Shown here piece after piece: positions 26,245-34,492 of a stretch of 64,000 nt of DNA. The translations under genes were made by a program, and so were the position numbers. The stretch's first letter is position 1, and each line of letters opens with the position of its first letter. The notes beneath the pieces were generated by a model. That model ran no database searches and was not told the DNA's origin. It saw only the letters and a program-made list of their open reading frames with translations. The stretch covers positions 125,906 to 189,905 of the forward strand of contig CP070751.1 of the NCBI GenBank assembly GCA_020348445.1, written 5' to 3'. The DNA is from Thermoplasmata archaeon (GTDB lineage: Archaea; Thermoplasmatota; Thermoplasmata; GCA-020350865).

Positions 26245-27672
26245 TCAACTCCCATAGAATGCATTATATCCCTGGTGAGTTGCATACAAATCGGCCTTGC
26301 TCGCGATCTCAAATGGGGCATGGAGGCTGAGCACGGCAGGACCGCAGTCCACTACCTCCATGTTGTGCTCTGCCAGGAATTTCGCGATGGTTCCACCACC
26401 ACCCTCGTCTACCTTTCCCAGCTCTCCGGTTTGCCACGGAACCTTTTTCTTGTTGAAAAGGCGCCTTATCTCGCTGATATATTCTGCGTTGGCATCGTTT
26501 GACATGTATTTCCCTCCAGAACCAGTGAATTTCGTAATAACAAGGCCATAGCCAACTTTGGGCGCGTTTTTGATCTCATGGACATCCTTGTAATTGGGAT
26601 TCACACCCCCGGTAACATCTGAGGACAGGGCTTTGGATTTGGACAGGGCCTTTCTAAGCATACTGTATCTATAATCGGGATCTTTCAATTCCATGAGTTC
26701 ACCGATTAGGGTTTCCAAAAATCGGGAACGAACAGCGGTATTGCCTTCGCTTCCTATCTCCTCCTTGTCAAAGAAAAGAGCTATTGCTGTCCTCTTCGGC
26801 TTCTTTTGTGCAGCTATTGCGGTCATGGAAGCATAGGCACAGATTCGGTCATCCTGGCCATAAGCTCCGATCATGCTTTCATCGAAGCCGATATCTCTGG
26901 GTCTTCCTGCTGGTACGATTTCCAACTCTGCGGTTGTGAAATCCTCTTCAACGATTCCGTATTTCTTGTTAAGATGATCAAGCACCCACAATTTGATCTT
27001 CGATTTTGCTTTATCATCCTTTACAGGAACGCTTCCTACGAGCACGTTCAGTTCCTCTCCTTTTATCCCTTCCGACAGTCTTCTTTTGGCCTGTTTCCCT
27101 CGATAAAGATGCGGTTCCAAGTCTGTTATTGTAAAGGCTGGTTCATCTGGATCTTCACCGATTATTATATCCACTGCCTTGCCATTCCCCTTTACAATAT
27201 GACCGTGCACAGCCAAAGGCTGATTGACCCATTGATATTTTTTTATGCCGCCGTAGTAATGGGTTTTAAATAAAGCCAGCTTCGTGTCATCATCCTCATA
27301 TAGAGGATTCTGTTTAAGGTCCAGGCGAGGTGCGTCGATATGAGAGGCTATGATGTTAATGCCGTCTTCTATGGGCTCGGAACCCAAAACAATTAACGCG
27401 ATGTTCTTGTTGCGGTTGGTGATGTAGATCTTGGTTCTTGGTTTGGAGCCTTTGATCTCATCAATGCTCTTAAAACCGTTTTTTTCGGCGAATTTTATGA
27501 TCTCTGCCACGGCCTCCCTTTCGGTTTTAGCCTTGGCAAGAAAATCCTTATAGCCTTTTGAAAACTCGAAAACTGTTTTCTTCTCCTTCTGGCTGAGTTT
27601 GTCCCACACCAGCTCATGTTTTCTGGTCAGCTTCTCCTCTAACTTGGATTTTTTATCGTTCTTTTTAGCCAT
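26245..27672 (-). CDS. M18-family aminopeptidase (aspartyl aminopeptidase/aminopeptidase I-like)
   Basis: IASHIDAPRLDLK, KTHYYGGIKKYQW, YGQDDRICAY, FDKEEIGSEG, SSDVT, DCGPAVLSLHAPFEIASK. Confidence 0.92.
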   Translation of the reverse strand: MAKKNDKKSKLEEKLTRKHELVWDKLSQKEKKTVFEFSKGYKDFLAKAKTEREAVAEIIKFAEKNGFKSIDEIKGSKPRTKIYITNRNKNIALIVLGSEPIEDGINIIASHIDAPRLDLKQNPLYEDDDTKLALFKTHYYGGIKKYQWVNQPLAVHGHIVKGNGKAVDIIIGEDPDEPAFTITDLEPHLYRGKQAKRRLSEGIKGEELNVLVGSVPVKDDKAKSKIKLWVLDHLNKKYGIVEEDFTTAELEIVPAGRPRDIGFDESMIGAYGQDDRICAYASMTAIAAQKKPKRTAIALFFDKEEIGSEGNTAVRSRFLETLIGELMELKDPDYRYSMLRKALSKSKALSSDVTGGVNPNYKDVHEIKNAPKVGYGLVITKFTGSGGKYMSNDANAEYISEIRRLFNKKKVPWQTGELGKVDEGGGGTIAKFLAEHNMEVVDCGPAVLSLHAPFEIASKADLYATHQGYNAFYGS

Positions 27673-27810
27673 TTTTGCCCCCCTTGGTGCTAAGGGCAAA
27701 AGTTGTTGGATATTAAGTAATTTTCTATATTGTTATCCAGAAAGATGGTGAGGACTTGCCAAGTACAAATCTTTAAAAAAGCGGATAGCAATTACCTTTG
27801 GGGTTTTAAA

Positions 27811-27993
27811 ATGAAAAAGATTGCATTGGGTGAAACGTTGCCCATTGAGATTACCGAGGTTACGGAGGTTGAGGGAAAAGATAAGTTCAAGGTCGTATTC
27901 CAAGATGATGATGGTTTTGAGGGGACTCTTTATCTCGATGTGGAACTCCCTATAGGTGCGGCCGAGCTTAAGATCGTCCATAAGGAAGAGTGA
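27811..27993 (+). CDS. Small acidic beta-rich hypothetical protein (60 aa)
   Basis: MKKIALGETLPIEITEVTEVEGKDKFKVVFQDDDGFEGTLYLDVELPIGAAELKIVHKEE. Start moved from 27730. Confidence 0.55.
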   Translation: MKKIALGETLPIEITEVTEVEGKDKFKVVFQDDDGFEGTLYLDVELPIGAAELKIVHKEE

Positions 27994-28057
27994 TTCAAGG
28001 AAAGGGTGGTGAAAAGAAAGATTTAAAAGTCCCTATGGCTATAATAAGGTGATAAAT

Positions 28058-28225
28058 ATGGCTGATAGCGAATTCACAGGTAAGATCTTGATTAACGATG
28101 GTAAAAAGACGGTGACTGTCAATATAACTGGAAAATCAGAGGAAGAGCTTTACGAAATCTTCACATTCATGAGAAAGATGAAAAAAGATCCAGGAAACTA
28201 CTCGATAAATCTTAAAATCGATTGA
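28058..28225 (+). CDS. Small hypothetical protein (55 aa, below the ORF-track cutoff)
   Basis: AGGTGA SD at 28047-52, then ATG. MADSEFTGKILINDGKKTVTVNITGKSEEELYEIFTFMRKMKKDPGNYSINLKID followed by TGA. Confidence 0.6.
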   Translation: MADSEFTGKILINDGKKTVTVNITGKSEEELYEIFTFMRKMKKDPGNYSINLKID

Positions 28226-28320
28226 TATCAGAGCTTGTTTAAAGCTCACACTGTTTTGAAAAGTTTTATCTATCATATTAGATATCATGCTGGATACGAA
28301 ACTTGTTTGATTCATATAGA

Positions 28321-28438
28321 GTCGCACATTTGCTATGTAGCAATGTGTGATAATCGCAAATGTGTCCTACCGTGGCAGGCAAGCTGCCACTTAGTCGCAT
28401 AATTGCTATGCGATAATATGATATAATCGCAATTATGC
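28321..28438. promoter_or_regulatory. Two related inverted repeats (10-bp arms, 22-nt spacers) plus an intervening hairpin upstream of tRNA-Glu
   Basis: GCACATTTGC 28324-33 / GCAAATGTGT 28356-65; GCATAATTGC 28397-406 / GCAATTATGC 28429-38; GTGGCAG-GCAAG-CTGCCAC 28372-90. Confidence 0.6.
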
Positions 28439-28531
28439 TCCCGTAGTGTAGCCCGGCCAATCATTTTGGCCTCTCGCGGTCTTTTCGGCTGGAGAAAGCC
28501 AAGGACACGGGTTCAAATCCCGTCGGGAGCA
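28437..28531 (+). tRNA. tRNA-Glu(CTC) with a 20-nt canonical 37/38 intron (28477-28496); CCA not encoded
   Basis: Acceptor GCTCCCG/CGGGAGC, anticodon stem TTGGC/GCCAA, CTC at 28473-75, T arm ACGGG-TTCAAAT-CCCGT. BHB: CTCT/GGAG helix with CGC and AAA bulges and inner stem GGTC/GGCT. Confidence 0.92.
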
Positions 28532-28556
28532 CTTATATTTAATTTTGATTTGATAC

Positions 28557-28629
28557 GTGCTCCCGTCTCGTGTTTGAGTTATAATTTCATAATGCTGAGT
28601 TCTTAAGCTCAAACACCCGTCGGGAGCAC
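28557..28629 (+). repeat. tRNA-3'-end-fused hairpin element G1 (also mimics the tRNA-Glu acceptor stem)
   Basis: GTGTTTGAG 28570-78 / CTCAAACAC 28608-16, 29-nt spacer TTATAATT...GAGTTCTTAAG, then CCGTCGGGAGCAC. Outer arms GTGCTCCCG / CGGGAGCAC. Confidence 0.82.
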
Positions 28630-28830
28630 CCTATATTATGTAATTTTCGAGCGGGCGTAGGGGAGGTTTCTTTTTAACCCATTTTTTTCTTTGCCGACCC
28701 GAAGCCATCGTGGTGGACAGGAATTAAATTTAAGAGATACCTGTCCTCCACTAGGTAGTGGAAAACATTTATAATATCAAGGGGAATGTTTCCACAACAG
28801 CGAAGAAAATTACCTCAAAGAAAAAAACGG

Positions 28831-28862
28831 AGCTCAAACACCCGTCGGAAGCACTTATATTT
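28831..28862 (+). repeat. Right-half copy of element G1 (G2), a direct repeat of 28606-28629
   Basis: AGCTCAAACACCCGTCGGAAGCAC is 23/24 identical to G1 and is followed by TTATATTT, as is the real tRNA-Glu gene. Confidence 0.8.
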
Positions 28863-29022
28863 TCTTCAAAGAAGAAAGCAAAATTTATATCACAAACAAT
28901 AAAAAAATCGCACCACAACTGCTTTATATAATGCCAGACAATATAAATTAATTAATTAATAGGTAGGTAATTATAAAAATATAGACCCCAAAATTGCATA
29001 TTAGGAGGGGGGAACTGACACA

Positions 29023-32000
29023 ATGTGGGCTAAAAAGTCAATTTACGTGTCCAACCAATCAATGAAAATTCGGAAAAAAAGTGCTTTAAGACCATCAAAA
29101 AAGAGAACAAATTTTAAACATCGAATTTTTTCAATATTCACTATACTGGCCCTGATGTTGGGGGGAATGGCCTCTATTTTCCCGATTCTCATCCCGGAAA
29201 GCCTGCCAAGCGCAAGTGGTACGATCATCAGAAGTATCTTTTTCGACGATATGGAGGCAGGAGGCCCAGCGGCCCTAGGACAATGGCGCACTCAAGATGC
29301 ACTTCTTGTGAGGCCTTCTCAACCAAGTGCAAGCCAATGGGAACTGGGAACACCAACGCCACCACCTAATGCCTATTCACCTACAATTTGCTGGGGTACC
29401 GAATTGGGAGGGGCGTATTATAGTCCTTCTGAATATCTATTAATAACTCCAACCATCGATTTGACTACAGAAGCAATATTGAGTGCACAATTATCCTTCT
29501 GGCATACCTATTCCTTCTTCCAAAATGATGGAGGTTGGGTAGAAGTAAACCCTATGGGCTTCATGGTCGGAGATATCATCCATCCTGAGGGTGGTTACCC
29601 TGGTCACGTTTTCAGTCCACTAGGGATGGGGGGCTCAGGATATAACGGTTCAAATAGTGGATGGGAGCAAGCCATATTTGATCTATCAGAATATATAGGC
29701 CAAACGATAAGAATTGGATTTAGATTCTGTGGCTATAGCGGAGATATGATTTCCCGAGGATGGTACATCGATGATGTATCAGTGGATAATGAGTGGTTCG
29801 ACGGACCAAAGATTGGGCCAGATCAAACCAAAGCCGGATTTGGAGGAGATACCCTATCATACACCCTTACAGTCACCAATTACAACATTGTAGACGACTA
29901 TATTGATACCCATTACACGGACACAAATAATTGGCAGGTACGTATACTCAATGCCACAACCCTTCTTCCACTACAGGATAAGGGGGGTACACTTGGATTG
30001 CCTGACGTATATCTATCTCCCATGGAATCAGAGAATATAATTGTACAAGTTACGATTCCAGCAACCATAGATGATTGGGATATATCTGATACGACCATAA
30101 TATATGCTATTTCATTTGATAATCCCATGAACCAGGACACAGCAGAACTGATCACCAAAACTCCATGGCCCGATGTTGGTATCAGCAAAATCGCATTACC
30201 CAGTATAAAAAAAGTTGGCGATACGATAAACATCATCGTCACAGTAAAAAACTATGGGGATTGGACAACTTCTTTCAATGTTGAGGGTTTACTATCTGCC
30301 ATGCTGATCACTCCACCCTCCACGCAAGAACCTACATTACAATACATATCAAATCTCAAACCCAACGAGACCATTGATTTACAATGGAGTTTTATACCTA
30401 CTGTCTCATGTGAGTACACATTTTCCGCAACAACGTTACTTGACATCGATCAATTTGTTTATAATAACAAATCCGTAAAAAGCATACTGGTTCAAGAGAT
30501 GCTGTGGATGGATGACATGGAAAGTGGGGGAGATGCCGCCAATGGATTATGGACCCACTTCATCGATTCCGGCTCTTCCTCCACAACGGATTGGGAATTG
30601 GGAGTACCGACATGGCTCTCTGGCCCCTCTCCCAGCAGTGTGCCCTCACTGCCGAATTGCTGGGGCACCGATCTTAGCTATGCATATGCGGAGGATACTG
30701 ATTGCTACCTATTCACCCCTGCATCGTCAGCATTCGATTTTAGAGGATTTGACGAGATAGTCTTGGCTTTCTCTCACTGGTGGAGCCTACAATCCACCAC
30801 CACTCACGGTGAAGATGTTGGAATGATCGTTTATACATTCGATGCAGATCCAATTTCCACCATGTACATCACAGGAATTGAATTTAATACGAATTCAAAT
30901 GATTGGGAGCGCGAGGAAATCGATATGACACCTTTTGTAAAGGATGAACCATATGTGAGATTCGGCTGGAGACTTTTCGAAGATATAGGGGGTAATAAAT
31001 TCGAGCATGGGATATGGCCTGGATGGTATATGGATGATGTTGCGGTATGGGCCAAGCCTGCCAGGCCTGAAATCATTATTACCGAATTAATGGACAGCGG
31101 AGGTAATGAATATTTAGAGGTTTTCAATTGCGGATCCCAACCTGCAATTCTTAGTGAGTACGGTATAACTCTTGATATGGGTAGCACATGGTTGTCCTCA
31201 GGCACTTGGGGTGCTCCTTTTCTTTCACCTAATGGCCACACTTACTACAATATTCCTGCAGGTCTCGATGATCTCGATAATCAAGGTGAGACAATCAGCA
31301 TAGTAAATAGATCCATTATTGAAGGATTGATAACTGACCAGATATCATACGGTCAGAAGGGCACCGTTCCTGATCCATTACCAGGGGAAAGTGCGGCAAG
31401 ATATTGGGACGGAAGTAAGTACAAGAACGAGTGGGCCAGGGATAGCTCCCCAACCATTGGTTTTCAGAACGATGGGCAGGGCGAGGTTGACTTCAAATAT
31501 GTCGTTCTAAACGAGGTTCTCTATAATCCCGGGATAATTGAGGCTTTCATTGAATTAAGATATGTGGGTTATCCAGGAAATGAACCTGATATCGATGTTT
31601 CTGACTGGATTTTAGTTGTGGGTGATTCTGTATTTACAATACCTGCTAGTCCATTCAGTACGATACTCAACTTAAAGAATCCATTTTATGTGGTGAACGA
31701 AGGTATGTTCCCGGGTTTATTTGGTACTACTGATGTCGATGGCGACAACATTTATCTTTACACTGACTCAGGTTTATTTGTAGACGAGGTTGGATGGAAC
31801 CTCCCGCATGCACCTGATACTTCCATCTCAAGGGTCCCTGACGGATTTGGCGTGAAGCTGGGTTTTAAACAACATGGCCTCATGGGATATGACGATCCAA
31901 GTTCCATTGCAGCAGGTTGGCAATTCGGAAGGACACCCAGCATGTCTATAGTTGCAATCGAGGCAGATCAAAATGGAGTGGGAGATGCAGAATGGACCGT

Positions 32001-34437
32001 GATTTATGATCTAAACGTCACCAACCATCAGGATGTTGCTGATTATATAGATCTAATTTTCACACCCCCAAGTCCCGGTTGGATCATTGAGTTCTATGCT
32101 GCAGACAATGTTACATTACTGTTAGACAATGATGGGGATGGGGTAATAGACACTGGCCTTCTTCCCGCGAACTCAATTATGTGGATCAAGGTAAAGATAA
32201 CACTCCCTGCTGAGCATATCGGTGATTTTGAAAAAACTGTAATCACGGCACGATCATCACAGAACCTAAATGGTTGGGATACAGTTACCCTTATCACTGA
32301 AACTTATCCCCATATCGAGGTAAATAAATCATCAAGCAGAAATGAAATTTGGCTTAATGGAACGGGTATGTTTCCACAATCTACAACAATCGAGCTTGAA
32401 ATCAGGGGTTCGGGACTTGCCCAATCTATTACGTTTCCCCAGGATGTCGTCTTCTGTATTGACAGTTCCGGCAGTATGGCCCAGAACGACCCAAAAGATT
32501 TACGCAAAGATGCCGCCAAGTCCTATGTGGATGATATGAGAATTCCTGATAGAGGTGCTGTGGTTGATTTCGATGATAATGCTATATTGGTAGGAAACGA
32601 CCATTTGGATTCTAATTACGTTCAAATAAAGAACAACATAGATAAAATCGATTCCGTAGGTGGGACAGCCATTGGTGCTGCTTTGAAGCTGGCAAATGAT
32701 GAGCTCATAGCAAATGGTGATCCCACACATATCTGGATTATTATTCTCATCACAGATGGTTTAACTGGGGATGAGGCCCTATGTTACGCAGAAGCGGATA
32801 GAGCAGCTGAAAATAACATAAAGATATACACCATCGGTTTGGGGAATATGGTGGACGAAGACCTCCTTACGGACATCGCTGAAATCACTGGGGGTAAGTA
32901 TTATCCCGCACCTACTCCTGAGTACCTTGCGGGCATATACTACGACATTAGAACCCAAACATTGAACATTGCGGGAAAAGACTTGGTTGCTGGTGATAAC
33001 GTCTATTTTGTTAGGGATGTACTACCTCCATGGATAGATCTTATTCCTGGAACCTTCAATGTCGTTCCAGATAACATTACCGTTGATACAAATGGGTATA
33101 CTATAATGGAGTGGGAGGTGGAAAGGGTTTTTATTGGCGATACCCTGACCTACAGTTTTGAGGTGGTATCCAACCTCCCAGGTCTTGTGCAAACCAACTT
33201 CGTTTCAGGTTCAAGGGTTAGGTATGTCAAATGGACTGGTTCCGAAGTTGAGGAACTTTTCCCTGAGGTTTTGGTGAATGTTTTGCTGGGACCAGCAATG
33301 CCACCTCGGCTTTCTGCAAGGGCGCAGGGAGATGATGTTCAGCTTTATTGGATTCCTCCACAGACAACTGGAATCCATCATTATCTCATCTATAAGAGTC
33401 CAACACAAACCGGCTTTGATTTCTCAGATGTTTGGGTGAACACATTACAACTTGATGATAATGGCATAATACCCACCCGAACCACCTGGAACATTACGAA
33501 TGCAACACGAGGACTTTACCCAAAAGAGGAGTACTACATCATAAGAGCTGTAAACCAAATAGGAGAAAAGAGTGTGACAAGTAATACCGCGGGAAAATGG
33601 ACAAAAACATTCTACCAGGGAGTGAACACATTCTCATTGCCTTTAGAGCCATCCGAGATTAAAACAACGGAGTGGTATACAAATAATATTCCAAATTGCA
33701 AATACATTAAATGGATGGATGAAACCACACATACTTGGATCAAACACGATCTTGGAGAGGGATTAGGTATAGATGACTCTGAAATTGTTGTGGGGAAAGG
33801 TTATGAAATCTCTGTAGCATCAAATAGTGTATATACATTTTGTGGATACCCAGGCGCTCATATTAGGTATACCGAGGAGGAGCTTCCTGCTCCATCCAAT
33901 TTTGCAGTAAATGTAATCAACGATTTTGGAGATGTAGAACTTACATGGGATCCAGTACCTGATGCTGATCATTACATCATTTACAAATCAGGCACCAGGA
34001 ATGGGCTAAATGATCTTACCCTATTTCCTTTATGGGAGACCACATACGGCGATCCAATGGATACCTCTTTTATAGATTATAATGCCGCCTACTTCGCAGG
34101 GACCAGTTATTATTATTTCGTAGTTGCTGTTGATGACCCAAGTGTCCATGTAGGATTCAATAGTTCATACAGTGTTGGTGTATGGACAGCAAAGTGTCTT
34201 GTTGAGTATGACACCTTGGCTCTACCCCTAAAATTAAGCAATTGTAAAACTGCTGATTGGTATTGTGATGATATAGAGAATGTAGTTGGGATAAACTATT
34301 ATATACACGGTGAACAACGATGGTCCTGGCACTCAACAAGGATGCCTGCCGGGGTATATGATCCAGATATAGTAATGGCTGAGGGATATCAAATATCCAC
34401 TATTGGCAATGCAAAGTACAATTTCATTGGAATCTAA
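29023..34437 (+). CDS. Giant secreted multidomain surface protein A (MAM/jelly-roll-like domains, CARDB-like, lamin-tail-like, vWA, FN3-like, conserved C-terminal module)
   Basis: Signal/TM segment, FFDDMEAGG..WELGTP repeats, IIITELMDSGGNEYLEVFN, vWA MIDAS DVVFCIDSSGSM...ILITDG, ending EGYQIST...YNFIGI. Domain names are by motif recall. Confidence 0.88.
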   Translation: MWAKKSIYVSNQSMKIRKKSALRPSKKRTNFKHRIFSIFTILALMLGGMASIFPILIPESLPSASGTIIRSIFFDDMEAGGPAALGQWRTQDALLVRPSQPSASQWELGTPTPPPNAYSPTICWGTELGGAYYSPSEYLLITPTIDLTTEAILSAQLSFWHTYSFFQNDGGWVEVNPMGFMVGDIIHPEGGYPGHVFSPLGMGGSGYNGSNSGWEQAIFDLSEYIGQTIRIGFRFCGYSGDMISRGWYIDDVSVDNEWFDGPKIGPDQTKAGFGGDTLSYTLTVTNYNIVDDYIDTHYTDTNNWQVRILNATTLLPLQDKGGTLGLPDVYLSPMESENIIVQVTIPATIDDWDISDTTIIYAISFDNPMNQDTAELITKTPWPDVGISKIALPSIKKVGDTINIIVTVKNYGDWTTSFNVEGLLSAMLITPPSTQEPTLQYISNLKPNETIDLQWSFIPTVSCEYTFSATTLLDIDQFVYNNKSVKSILVQEMLWMDDMESGGDAANGLWTHFIDSGSSSTTDWELGVPTWLSGPSPSSVPSLPNCWGTDLSYAYAEDTDCYLFTPASSAFDFRGFDEIVLAFSHWWSLQSTTTHGEDVGMIVYTFDADPISTMYITGIEFNTNSNDWEREEIDMTPFVKDEPYVRFGWRLFEDIGGNKFEHGIWPGWYMDDVAVWAKPARPEIIITELMDSGGNEYLEVFNCGSQPAILSEYGITLDMGSTWLSSGTWGAPFLSPNGHTYYNIPAGLDDLDNQGETISIVNRSIIEGLITDQISYGQKGTVPDPLPGESAARYWDGSKYKNEWARDSSPTIGFQNDGQGEVDFKYVVLNEVLYNPGIIEAFIELRYVGYPGNEPDIDVSDWILVVGDSVFTIPASPFSTILNLKNPFYVVNEGMFPGLFGTTDVDGDNIYLYTDSGLFVDEVGWNLPHAPDTSISRVPDGFGVKLGFKQHGLMGYDDPSSIAAGWQFGRTPSMSIVAIEADQNGVGDAEWTVIYDLNVTNHQDVADYIDLIFTPPSPGWIIEFYAADNVTLLLDNDGDGVIDTGLLPANSIMWIKVKITLPAEHIGDFEKTVITARSSQNLNGWDTVTLITETYPHIEVNKSSSRNEIWLNGTGMFPQSTTIELEIRGSGLAQSITFPQDVVFCIDSSGSMAQNDPKDLRKDAAKSYVDDMRIPDRGAVVDFDDNAILVGNDHLDSNYVQIKNNIDKIDSVGGTAIGAALKLANDELIANGDPTHIWIIILITDGLTGDEALCYAEADRAAENNIKIYTIGLGNMVDEDLLTDIAEITGGKYYPAPTPEYLAGIYYDIRTQTLNIAGKDLVAGDNVYFVRDVLPPWIDLIPGTFNVVPDNITVDTNGYTIMEWEVERVFIGDTLTYSFEVVSNLPGLVQTNFVSGSRVRYVKWTGSEVEELFPEVLVNVLLGPAMPPRLSARAQGDDVQLYWIPPQTTGIHHYLIYKSPTQTGFDFSDVWVNTLQLDDNGIIPTRTTWNITNATRGLYPKEEYYIIRAVNQIGEKSVTSNTAGKWTKTFYQGVNTFSLPLEPSEIKTTEWYTNNIPNCKYIKWMDETTHTWIKHDLGEGLGIDDSEIVVGKGYEISVASNSVYTFCGYPGAHIRYTEEELPAPSNFAVNVINDFGDVELTWDPVPDADHYIIYKSGTRNGLNDLTLFPLWETTYGDPMDTSFIDYNAAYFAGTSYYYFVVAVDDPSVHVGFNSSYSVGVWTAKCLVEYDTLALPLKLSNCKTADWYCDDIENVVGINYYIHGEQRWSWHSTRMPAGVYDPDIVMAEGYQISTIGNAKYNFIGI

Positions 34438-34492
34438 GATAAGATCAATATGATAATTCCAGGGCAAAACAAGGAGAAATCGTCCAGCGGGA

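Noticed and set aside
25247-28862. tRNA 3'-end repeats as a CRISPR array
   Set aside because: There are only 2-3 copies per locus, spacing is irregular, the repeats derive from tRNA sequence, and no cas genes are present in the window.
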